A DNA stretch of 64,000 nt, taken from NCBI RefSeq assembly GCF_009914755.1, contig NC_060929.1; one strand, given 5' to 3'. The DNA is from the human T2T-CHM13v2.0 reference genome, Homo sapiens. This document shows positions 31,406-44,100 of the stretch, in pieces; position 1 is the stretch's first letter, and each line of letters opens with the position of its first letter. The notes beneath the pieces were generated by a model, which did no database searches, had not been told where the DNA came from, and saw only the letters and a list, made by a program, of their open reading frames with translations. The position numbers and the translations under genes are program-made.

Positions 31406-32449
31406 ATCAAATTGTCTAAAAAAAATTAGTCAAATCAATCAGCAGGAACAAAGGAACCGTCTCCCTTGATTTCAGTAGCTAAGGGGAATTTTTTTCTTTT
31501 TTCTTTTTGTTTGTTTGTTTAAGGCAGATAAAGAATATAGGCAATTACCTTAAGAATTCTCAGAGTATATAAAACGTATATGAATTAAATGACTGTAGGA
31601 AAGTAGGAAGAAGTATAATGTGAACATACTAACATTTTCCCAAAAGTTATATATTATTCATGTTGTCATTCTTGACAGCTGGAAAGAAAGATTATATGAA
31701 GACTTGTTATTCTCTTCCTGTCTGTACATTATTATGCCATGATTTAACCTACATTTCCATTTCACAGTCTATCTCATAATTTCTCCCTTCCTAATCTATT
31801 TACTGATACATGGACACTTGGTATGTGTATCAAATATTTATCTGAGAAATTCAGGGCCCAAGTTATGATACAAATTTGGGGGAGCCCTATGTCCCTATTC
31901 AGATGTCTTGTAACTTGACATCTGTCAGCCTCCCCATTATACACTTTCACTCATTGTGGATTTGTTATTAGTAGAAAGATCATGTAATCTCATTAATTCT
32001 GACAACCTGGAGCCAAGTCACAAAAGCTCCTGTGATACAGTGTCAGGACCGTAAGGTTAATCACAAGGTCTAAATTTGCTTTCCTTTGGGAATCATGTAA
32101 TCTAACTTTTGTTTTCACTTCCAGTACCATGTTTAGTTCCAGGTCTTCTGTCTCTCAGACATTCCAATTATTGCTAAATATCTTCATTCTGGTATGATTC
32201 TGACTTCCATATGTCTAATTGAACTATTGCAACAGTTTAGAAACTGAGACTTCCTAACACTTCAGTTAAGCCCTTGGGGCTCAGGGATTGAATAGCTACC
32301 AGTTTAGAGTTCCTTAATACCGCATTAGTGACCTTTCTACTGAGGCATGATCTCAGTATTTCCATGTTGTCTCTGTATCCATACTATTTCTCTACACTCA
32401 GAATGAACCTCACTTTCCTCTGGAGTGTTAAATAGAACCTTTTGCAACC

Positions 32450-32706
32450 ATCTGATCATCCTATGAAAAGTGGCAACTTCTCCCTCTAGTTGTTTCGGGT
32501 ATTCCCTGCCAAGTTTCTTTGCTTAGATTTCCTCCATGGCACTTATTTGACATATTATACATTTAATTGTATATTTATTGTTGGTTTCCTTCCAGTTGAA
32601 TGTAAGCTTCTTTAGGGCAGGGACTTTGTGTACTGCTGTTTCTCCCGTGCCCAGAATATCATCTGATTTAAGTGCTAAGTAAATATTAGTTGAGTGACTG
32701 ACTAAA
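32450..32706 (+). mobile_element. L2 3' end
   Basis: GAATGTAAGCTTCTTTAGGGCAGGGACTTTG...AAATATTAGTTGAGTGACTGA. Confidence 0.75.
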
Positions 32707-34039
32707 TAAGTAAAAGGCAGAGTTTTGAGGACTAAGAATCTCAATTTCATCGCAATCTCATGTGTGCTGAGACTAGGAACATTTATTGACAGTGAGATTG
32801 CCTCAACTGTAATTCATGGGTCTTCAAGGAAGAATATAAAAACGAGAGACCAAGCTGGGTCCCTGGGATTTACAAAAATGCTGACAATTATTTTAGCTTA
32901 CACAGTTTCACACTTGTACTCATTGGCCCATTCTGATAATTTATACCTTAATAAATGGATGTTGTCTGTCTCCCAGAGAAAGACAAAAAAGTGGAAGATG
33001 AAACTGATTTTCCAAATCAGTTTCCTTTGGATGTAGTCCTTTGGAGAGCAATGATAACTAATATTAATGGATAAGAGTCTATGTAACAGCTTTGCCTTAT
33101 TACTGGTTCTGAACTAAGCTATTCATTTCTAATCCTCAACAATGTACCTATTGTTTGGGCATAAAATATGAATGGATTGTGACCTTGCTAAGTAATGTTT
33201 AGAAAAGTTAACAGTTCTTTTACCATAAATCCCAGGAGAAACTAGCTCCTGGTGATAGGTCCCATGCAGAATTTTGGTTGAGGTAGTAAATAATACGGCC
33301 ATTTAATACAAAGAAGTATCATCATGAAAGAGAGATCATCACTCATTCAGGATGAATTTAAGAATGGGAATTTATAATTTGACAAATAATGTCAGCTGTT
33401 TAGGAATAATTGGCCAAATGGAATATTCAGCCTAACTTGAATGATTTTAGATTATGAGCCATGATTTTATTTCAAAAGTTAAATACTGCATACCCCTGTG
33501 AATTTTAAAGTCTAGTCAATAAGCAGAAAAAAATGAGGAAAATTAAGCTGGTTAAAGTATAAAACGTGAACATCATTTAGAGATATGAGAGGATGTGAGT
33601 TTCTGGAAAACATCTGGAGCTGATGGTCTTTCCTCCGTGCTGCCCATCATTTCCTTCTAAAACTTGTGCTGCTTTCTCTCTTGGATTTCTTCCCTCTCTG
33701 ATTTTCCTTCCCAAGTCTTACCCACACTGAAGATTTCCTTCTCCAGAAAACTTCCCTGTCAGAATTTCTACTGAAATTTATTCTATGAAATCTTGGAGAC
33801 TTTATATTTACAAATCATACATTTAAACGTTAGTTTTCTCATTCCTCAACAGGATTTTAAATAACAGTGGGCAAGGTCCATGATGGCTTCTGTTTTTCCT
33901 CCTCCTTCTCTTTTTTCTCCTCCTCTTGTTCGTCCCTTTTATTCTTCTTCCTGTATGTCATTTCACTGCTGGCTCAGTGATAGAGCCGAATACATTTTCT
34001 ATTTTACGGTGCTTAATACAGTTTGTGGAACAGGTAGAA

Positions 34040-34230
34040 AAGTTGAAAAGTTTGGAGTCAGACAGATTTGGCTTTTAATTAATTTTCTGTGACCTGCAAG
34101 TTCTCTGACCTTGGCCTAATTTCTTCTCTTTCTTTTTCAGCAACCTTCTTAAAATGATATACTTTTAGTATTGTCGTGACAATTAACTTTGATAACATAT
34201 GTAACCTGTCTGCAATATAGGATATACTCA
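34040..34230 (+). mobile_element. MIR fragment
   Basis: TTTGGAGTCAGACAGATTTGG...CTGTGACCTGCAAGTT. Confidence 0.55.
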
Positions 34231-34471
34231 ACCATGTCCTATTTCTTCTTCTCATCTTGATTTTACTCATTTGACATTGTGAAGAATGTAATTATTTGTA
34301 TGGTCATGAAAACTTGTGTGGAAGATTCTAAATGAGACTTTCCTGGCTGATCTGTGCGATGTTACTTTAAGGTGTTTGGGAAAGTAGAAGATAAAAGGAA
34401 ACATTCAGGTAATTGGTCATTTTGAGGTCATTTCATCATCAAAATGGTCCTTTTGAAAAAGATATTTTTTG

Positions 34472-34832
<361 letters not shown>

Positions 34833-35317
34833 TTAAATAAATATAGTGGCTTATAAAGTAGGCATGTGTATAGAGGGGCAATTCAATTTTGTGACATCTC
34901 AGACATAAAAAAATTGTATGTCATGATTTTACGTTTTCCTTTAGTTTGACAAACAAGAGTCAGTATGCACAAATACTTTCGATTGCAAAGGTATATTCTC
35001 CAAACACTCAGGACTTTGATTTTGAAATGATAGCTAGGTCTGATTAGGCACATCTTGCTATTATTTCAAAATGTTATCTAATTCCAGCCGTTCAACTTGA
35101 CATTTCTTTCCTATATTTCCCCCTGATGATTTACATTTCCAATAATGTACAATATTAACTTCAATGTTCCTAAACTGAAACTAATTTTGTTCCTTGCCCA
35201 TATTTCCTTTCACTCAGATCCATTTGTCTAGCTTCTACATGCTTGTTCAAATTTGCAACACCACCCAATTTTATGTAAACTGAAAATTTCATGATCTTTC
35301 TTCCAAACCATTACTGA

Positions 35318-35768
<451 letters not shown>

Positions 35769-36989
35769 AATTTAAATTAATTTTTGAGTATGAGACACAA
35801 ATAAAGTGTTTTCAGAATCAGAATGTATTATGTCTATGATATTTCCTTTGCTATTTTTTTGGTTTTATCAAAATTAAAATTTGAAGAAATTGCAGTTTTC
35901 TCTTACAACGGATCAAAGTTGCTTTGCTTTTTATATCATTTTCTGTATATTTTAAATATTTCTCTTGCTTTTCGTTTGATTTTTCCAGAACTTAAAAATT
36001 TTGTGCACTAGGAGGAGGCTATAGATAGGATTAGTGCGGCTATTTGCTTTTATTCAATGTTTGGCAATATGTTTAACAACATCTTTCTTGAGAAAAATTT
36101 GTTTTATTTTTATAATAACTACTCTAGTGTAAGGGAGAAGTATTTTTGGGTCTCTAAAATAACCTTGGGTAATTTAGAAACAGTGTTTCTAATTACTGAA
36201 CTTTTTTAAACTTTGGCAATAATACTTGTTTCTAAATTTTTATCATATCTACTCATACCCATATAAACTTATGTTTACTACTGATTCCATCATCTAATTT
36301 TTCTCTCTGGGCCATTTTTTTTCTGAGAAAGAAGATGCATTTTCAAAATATCTAAGGACCACATTAAATTAAAAGATGTATTTCCACCATTAAAATTTTA
36401 GTTGTCCTGCAGTCACTCTCACCTCTCTGTCTTCTTTTTGGCCGTTTAGAATAATTTTGCCAAAAGCAAGCTCCTTTTTATTGCTTACTTGCCAGTACTT
36501 AAAAAAATATTGCCATGTGAAACTGGCATTCTTTCCCTTAGACTTAATGTATATGCTTATGAATCATTGTAAAATCCCAACTTAAAGTAGTTCCTACCCC
36601 AACAAGCTCTAATGGAAAAGGAAATACCTGGGAGAGGGGCATACTCAAGAATGAATTAAATATAAAGAGGGCAGCTAACCTTAGTCTCACTCTATGGGCA
36701 TATTTATTATTTTAATTACTGTATGCTAGACTTCTATATCTCTTTGTCATTATTGATTTTTTTTTCATTTGGCTTTTATTTGGTACCAACTAAATGGAAT
36801 ATTTTCTAAGAAGCGAAATACTTCTAGATCATTGCAGTCTTTAACAATACAAGCAATATTCAACCAGGGATTTATAATCAGAGATTCCTTTGAATTTCTT
36901 AATTCTGTGGTATAAATGGGTCCTTGCCTATATTTTAAAAAATCTCTTTCTACTTCTTTTGCTCAGACTTAGTCTTACTCAAATGTTTT

Positions 36990-37188
36990 TATTATTTTTT
37001 ATTTATTTATTTTTTGAGATGGAGTCTCACTCTGTTGCCCAGGCTGGAGTGCAGTGGCGGGTTCACGCCATTCTCCTGCCTCAGCCTCCCAAACAGCTGG
37101 GACTACAGGCGCCTGCCACCACATGCGGCTAATTTTTTGTATTTTCAGTAGAGATGGGGTTTCACGTGTTAGCCAGGATGGTCTCATC
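36990..37188 (-). mobile_element. AluY fragment, 5'-truncated with ~32-nt internal deletion
   Basis: GAGTGCAGTGGC joined directly to GGGTTCACGCCATTC; stops at GATGGTCTCATCT. Confidence 0.9.
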
Positions 37189-37356
37189 TTACATTGTAGG
37201 TCTGAAAACTCATCTTTTGCTTTATTCCTGAGGACAGCCTTTTGATTGTATCCCATGTTATATAGGTGATTCCTAGGTGTCTGTCTTGAGAACGTTTTTT
37301 TGTAAGTTTGTTTAATTTTGTTTTTGAAATATGGAAAGTATCTTGTTCTGGATTTC

Positions 37357-37970
37357 TTCATTCAATGAATATTTATGAGATATAAGTATTTAGTGTATTT
37401 ATATAGCCCTAGAAATTCAGGATCAACAGGGTAGAAAGTTTCATACTCTCATACTACTTTAATTCTTATGGGAGAAACAGGCAATATACAAATAAACAGA
37501 GAAATCAGATAATTTCAGAAGATAAAAAATTTCTGTGAAGAAAACAAATCAGTGTGAGATGATGATAGAGAGGAATCGGAGAAGTGGTTGAACTTAGACT
37601 AGGCAGGCAAAGATGTTCAGTCAGAGAAGGGAACTGTTTCACTGTGCTCCCTATGGAAATGTGGAGTCAACAAGAGAAACTCGGGGAAGAGCATTCAAAG
37701 CCTTGCTGATAGCAATTATCAAAGGCCCAAGATGCCAATTACCTTTAAAACTTACCTTGTTTGAGCAAGGTAAGAAATGTGGCTAGTTTGCAGTAGGTGG
37801 TGTATGAGATGAATTTGAAGAGGTGGAAGCAAACAGATCAGCTGGGGCCCTATAAGCCATGGCAGTGAATTCAGATTTTGTCATAAATGCAGGAAAGCCA
37901 TTGAAGATTTTAAGCAGAGGAGTAACATGAACTAATTTATGTTTTTAAAGGATCATGTTGACTGCTTTAA
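37357..37970 (-). mobile_element. L2 fragment
   Basis: TTCATTCAATGAATATTTATGAG...GGAAAGCCATTGAAGATTTTAAGCAGAGGAGTAACATGA. Confidence 0.75.
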
Positions 37971-37992
37971 GGGTAATAGAAAAGTTCAAGCA

Positions 37993-38317
<325 letters not shown>

Positions 38318-38367
38318 TTATAAACTTCTTTGTAAGGTCACTGTTGTAGTATTAATAATTTGGACAA

Positions 38368-38684
38368 GGCTGGGCGTGGTGGCTCACGCCTGTAATCCCA
38401 GCACTTTGGGAGGCTGAGGTGGGTGGATTGCGAGGTCAGGAGTTCAAGACCAGCCTGGCCAAGATGGTGAAACCCTGTCTCTACTAAAAATACAAAAAAT
38501 TAGCCGGGTGTGATGGCAGGTGCCTGTAATCCCAGCTACTCGGGAGGCCAAGGCAGGAGAATTGCAGAATCGCTTGAACTTGGAGGGCCGAGGTTGCAGT
38601 GAGCCGAGATCGCACCACTGCACTCCAGCCTGGGTGACAGAGTGAGACTCCATCACAAAAAAAAAAAAAAAAGAAAAAGAAAAA
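38368..38684 (+). mobile_element. AluSg-like
   Basis: Full dimer; TSD core TTTGGACAA. Confidence 0.93.
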
Positions 38685-38977
38685 GTTTGGACAATAGACA
38701 ATAAGGTCTGTTTATATTTTTTTCAAATTTTTTTCAAATTTTAATTAAGAGTGCATGTTAAATTAATAAAGGGAAGAGTGGAAGAATGAGAGTAAGCATT
38801 AGAAGTAGGTACTTATTTCAAAAGCTTTCCATGGAACCACGAACATGAAAACAATCTAAGTACTTTGGTCATTTGGTAACCTGAGGTCTGAGAATCCTAG
38901 GAAATCAAAAGAAGAGGGAGATTCATGATATCATCAGATATTAAAGATTACTTCCAGAGTAGTATGGTCCACCTAGT

Positions 38978-39485
38978 ATATAGTAATCAGGGTTCTCCAG
39001 AGAAACACAACTAATAGGGTGTCTGTGTATGTGTGTGTGTGAGTGTGTGAATGCGTGCGTGCACATGTGTGTGTTTCTATATCTAATCTGTATCTATATA
39101 CATGGAGAGAGAGAGAAAGAGAGAGTTTAAGGAGTTGGCTCACTCTTTTAAGGAGTCTGCCATGTCCAAATTTTGTAGGGTAAGCAGGCTGGCAGCTTAG
39201 ATACCCAGGGAAAATTTAATATTGCAGTGTAAGTCCAAAGATATACTGCTAGAATAATTTCTTTACGCTCAGGAGAGACCAGTCACTTTCTTAAGGCCTT
39301 CAACTGACTGGATAAGTCCTACCAGTATTATGAAGGGTAATTGAGTCAATCTGCTTTACTCGAAGTCTACTGATTTAAATGTTAATCTCATCTAAAAAAA
39401 ACCTTCACAGCAACATCTAAGTATGTTTGACCAAATATCTGATACTGTGGCCTAACCAAGTTGCCACATAAAATTAACCATTCCA
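38978..39485 (-). mobile_element. MLT2 (ERVL) solo LTR with internal TG/GA repeats
   Basis: AATCAGGGTTCTCCAGAGAAACAC...AAGGAGTTGGCTCAC...CACATAAAATTAACCAT. Confidence 0.85.
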
Positions 39486-40084
39486 CCTAAGAAAGTTGAA
39501 TTCTAGGTACAACAACTCTGAAGAAACAAACTATGTGGGCCATATCATAGGAATCTTAGCAATAATAGTTCGAGAAAGATGACCAATGACCAGAAAGACA
39601 CACTCTGGCTTTGGGGTTACACAAGTCTTGTCACACCCCTTGTTGAGAAAGTAGATAGCGTACCATAGGGAAAGCAATTAGGTAATGGAAAGGCCTTTCT
39701 CTCAGAGATATGACAAAGCAGCAAATGTGTTTCATTAAGGTGACTATAAGCAAACTTGAATGGCATTTGTAATCAAAGAGGTATTGCTGGCCTTGAATTA
39801 TATCTTTGAAAGCTCCTCACAAAAATCTATGCCAGAAAGATGTGCTTCCCATTATATTTGCAGGGAGATGTTTAATTTTTTACATTATCTTTATTCTCTT
39901 GGAAAATATTTAGAGCAAAATCACTTCCATTATCAAATAAGACTCCACATCAAACCTATGCTTCACTTCAGTCCTTCCAATTTGTAGGGACTGACAGGAC
40001 AAAGCACACATATCACCAAGACTTGCTGTTTCTTTTGAACATTGTCCCTAGCCTTATGATACAAAAACATTCTCTTAATACCAG

Positions 40085-40285
40085 AGCCAGTGTAGTATAA
40101 GAAAAAACATATGGGTTCTGATTTAAATGGAACTAGTATCAAATTCTGGCTCTGACATTTCTATTGTTTGTCTTTGGATAAGTTCTACTTAAGCACTTTA
40201 AGGCTCAGTTTTCTTATCTGCAAAATGGAAATAACAATTCCTCTTTTGTAGGGCTACTAGGAGGAATAAATGAGACAATATATGT
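40085..40285 (+). mobile_element. MIR
   Basis: CTCAGTTTTCTTATCTGCAAAATGGAAATAACAAT...GAGGAATAAATGAGA. Confidence 0.75.
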
Positions 40286-41198
40286 GTTCCAAAAACATTG
40301 AACTTCTTTTCCTCTAACTCTCACTCCACAAGAGGAGGTTATTATTAGGGTATTTTGGAAAATATCTTGGTTGTTTAAAAGATTACTCAGGATTATTCAG
40401 AAAAAAAGGAAAGCAGAATCATTTTGAGACTGTTTATTTGTTTTGATATGGCTCAATATCAAGTTTTTGTTTCTTCTTTTGGACTCTTTGTAGTATGTTT
40501 CTTTAAGATTCCATGTTACATTGATTTGTTGACAGGTTAAACAATAATTTTTATTTCTAGAAAATGAATGTTTTGGCATGCTCATTGACTATGTGTTTTT
40601 GGTATCAACAAGGCAGTCTTTATCAAATGCTGTCAAAATGGAAAGCCAAATAAAACTGAGGGCACTAATTGTGTTCTAGTTATACTGATTAGTCCTTCGC
40701 AAATCAAGGAAGATTTTCCACATAGATTCTCAAGAAAATTTTTACTGAATTTGAACTCATGTCCACAGATTGATTGTATCACATATTTACTCTTTTTTTT
40801 TTTTTTTTTGACATAAGGCAACCATTAGATTAAACAGTACAAACCTGCAAAGGGATGATAAAGAAATCAGACAATTGATCAAATGAAAGTCAGTTGCTGA
40901 ATCAAATATAAATCTGATTTACCTTGATATTCCCTTTTGATTTGATTTTCGTGGGTATCTATTTGTCTAGAAATTCCACCTGTATCTATTGAAAGCAGAT
41001 GCTTCAATAGTTCTAAACTGAAAGATACTCTAAACACAGAAGTTCAGTAAATGGGGAGATCGTTATGTTAAAGGCATGGAATCAATAAATATAAATGTAG
41101 CCAGGAGAAACTTTTTGAATCATATAATATTTTCAAAGGACTGACAACTTGTAAAAAGAACAACAAAACTAAAAACTAAAATAATCCTTAGAAATCTA

Positions 41199-41581
<383 letters not shown>

Positions 41582-42190
41582 CTAAAGCAGTGTGATAATT
41601 CTATGCTAAATAAATGTTAATTTTGACTTTGGGTATCTAAAATTGGTTTCACCAAGTGTCATTCAGAGCTGAATTTATCTTAGGGAGGTTTAAGTAAATT
41701 GCAGGTAAATGTTGTGTTAGTACAGGAGTGATGATGTAAAGACAGTGATAACAATCTATACATTTTAAACTTTAACAAGTTTTATAGCAGAGTTACCATT
41801 GTATCTTCTGGATAGAGAGTTTGTATCTTTTCTCTTCAACATCCCAAGGTATTGTACATGCACTATCAAGATATAAAGAAAAAGTCTGAAAAGTATTTTC
41901 GATTCATTCAGTAACAGGACTGGAAAGGCATTGTCTGATCCGACCTACTCTTCTCACAGAAGCAGAAACTTAGACTCAGAAGTAACCTGTGTTGAATAAC
42001 AACTATGCCAATTGTTACAAAGATCATACAATCAAATTAGACAAGCAATCACTGTTATCAAACTATTTACATGTGAACATCAATTACAGGGAGAAACGTG
42101 AAGGTGTAGTCTTTTCAGATGCACTTGACACAGAAAAGAGAAGATATGAGAAGAGAAAAAGAGAAGAGAAAAGTATTTAGAGAGGTAGAC

Positions 42191-42261
42191 AGCTTACCTT
42201 GGAGAGATTTGCAATTAGCAAATCTCTGATGGAGCTTACCTTGGAGAGATTTGCAATTAGC
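42191..42261. repeat. Perfect 29-bp direct duplication with 13-bp spacer
   Basis: AGCTTACCTTGGAGAGATTTGCAATTAGC at 42191-42219 and 42233-42261. Confidence 0.97.
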
Positions 42262-42296
42262 TCAGCCCAAGCCATTAGTGTTGTGGTTTTTATTTC

Positions 42297-42915
42297 TGTA
42301 ATTGGGCAAAAAAATCACGAGGAAAGTTAAGCAGACAAGAAAGACTTTATTTAAGATTATTGCAACAATGATAGAGATTATTATAATGGAGGAGACAGGT
42401 TGAACTCTGCTTCAAAAAAAGGCAGTATTTTTAAGCATAATTGAGCTAGTGCAAAAGTACTGGAGGACATTGTTCAATGTAATTAGGCCATCTGTGTCTA
42501 ATTCTCACTTAACAATGTTAGGCTCCTACTATTCCCCCAGATCCTGGAGATAGAGGCATTATAATTCTTTAAAAAAAAAAAAAATACAAGGTCTCACTAT
42601 TTTGTCCAGGCTGGCCTTGAACTCCTGGGCTCAAGTGATCCTTACACCTCAGCCTCCTGAGCAGCTAGTACTAAAGCTGCCACACCCAGCCTTATTATTC
42701 TTAATAATTACTTTTCAAATAAATGGATCCTAGGTCCAAGGAGTTGTGTTATAAGATTGGCAAGAGGCTAGAATAATATTAATATCACAAAAGGACAGAA
42801 CAAGAATTTACAATTGCAAGTTTTCTAAAGCAAATGCTCTAAGAACTGGCAGGTCAGGGGCCTATAGTCAGGAAGAAGCCTGCCAATCTGAGGGAAATAT
42901 TAAAGCTGTCTTGGA
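42297..42915 (-). mobile_element. ERV1 LTR (MER31/MER67-like) interrupted by an Alu monomer
   Basis: GACTTTATTTAAGATTATTGCAA...GAGCTAGTGCAAAAGTACTGGAGGAC...ATTAGGCCATCTGTGT. Confidence 0.6.
42585..42692 (-). mobile_element. FLAM-type Alu monomer
   Basis: GGTCTCACTATTTTGTCCAGGCTGGCCTTGAACTCCTGGGCTCAAG...CACACCCAGCC; TSD-like TTAT.ATTCTT. Confidence 0.85.
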
Positions 42916-42929
42916 TTGATTTCATTGCT

Positions 42930-44100
42930 TTATAAGTAACATTTCATTTATTTTCACACATGACTTTTGTTCCTGTCTAATGAGTCATATAATCTTTATA
43001 AAATGATATTGCCACCATTTTGCAATGAAGAATCAGAAGCTCAGAAAAGTCATTTCTCAAAATAAGGACTTGAAGGGAGCTGCATTTAGGTTTCTGACTC
43101 TAAGTCTGGTGCTGATTCTACTATATTAACTGGTTTCTTTAAGATAACAATGAATGTTGTAATATTTACAGTTTCTATAGGACTTTTATGTAGATTATCC
43201 AGTTTGTGCTTCATACTGAGGCACAGATAGCCTATAATTATCTTCAATGATAAATAATGTAATTAAAATGCTGAGAAATTAAATGACTTTTCAAATAATG
43301 ATACTGGAATCCAGATCTCCAAATGCCATTAACTAATGAATTCAACACATATTTAGACAAATACTCAATATGCATCAAGTTCTATGTCGAGAGCTAGGGA
43401 TTTGAAAGAAAGCAAGGTCTCTGCCCTCATGGAGCTTGCATCCTAATGAGAATTGGTAGAATGAAAGGAAAGAAATGTGAGAACAAGATAATGAGGGAAA
43501 ACTACGAGGGTAATGAGAAAAAACATAACCTGTCAGGGTGGGTGGTGTTTACATGTTTGGATGAGGAAGGCTGCTGAAAGGAGCGAACGTCTGAGCTGAG
43601 AACTGGTGTAATAACATTCCTGACAGAGGGGACAGAAATTATATAAGTTTGGAAAGGAAAAATAATAATCAGCAAAACACCTAGAATAAGTAAGATACAT
43701 TTTCAAGTCCTTTGTGAATTTGAATCACTTAATCCTCATAGCATCCTTTTGAGGTAGCTACTATTATTATTCCCAAGTTACAAGTAGAGAAATTGTCCCC
43801 TCTTGCATAGAGAAGTTAAGTAAATTGGCCAACATCACATAGCTGGAAAGTGACAGAGCCAGGGCTGTGATTTGCACTTATGCAGTCTATGTTTTTAATG
43901 CAATACATGGTGCTGGTCCTGGAAGAGTAGCAGGAAGGCTGGTGTGGCAAAAGCATGATGAGAAGGTAGGCATGTAGACAAAGCTGGAGTTAAAGAGGGG
44001 GCACAAAAATCAGATCATGCACTGTTTGTGAGCCACTGGAAGGAGTTGGGATATTTTCCCATAAACTATGGAAATCCACCAGAGTGTTTTCAGCTGGGAG
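42930..44100 (-). mobile_element. Cluster of MIR and L2 fragments
   Basis: CCATTTTGCAATGAAGAATCAGAAGCTCAGA; TCTGCCCTCATGGAGCTTGCATCCTA; TTATTATTCCCAAGTTACAAG. Confidence 0.6.

Noticed and set aside
38553-38572. Small duplication GCAGGAGAATTGCAGAATCG in an Alu
   Set aside because: Trivial ~8-nt slippage
42191-42261. 29-bp repeats with spacer resembling a CRISPR unit
   Set aside because: Only two copies, spacer derived from the repeat itself, primate DNA, no cas genes
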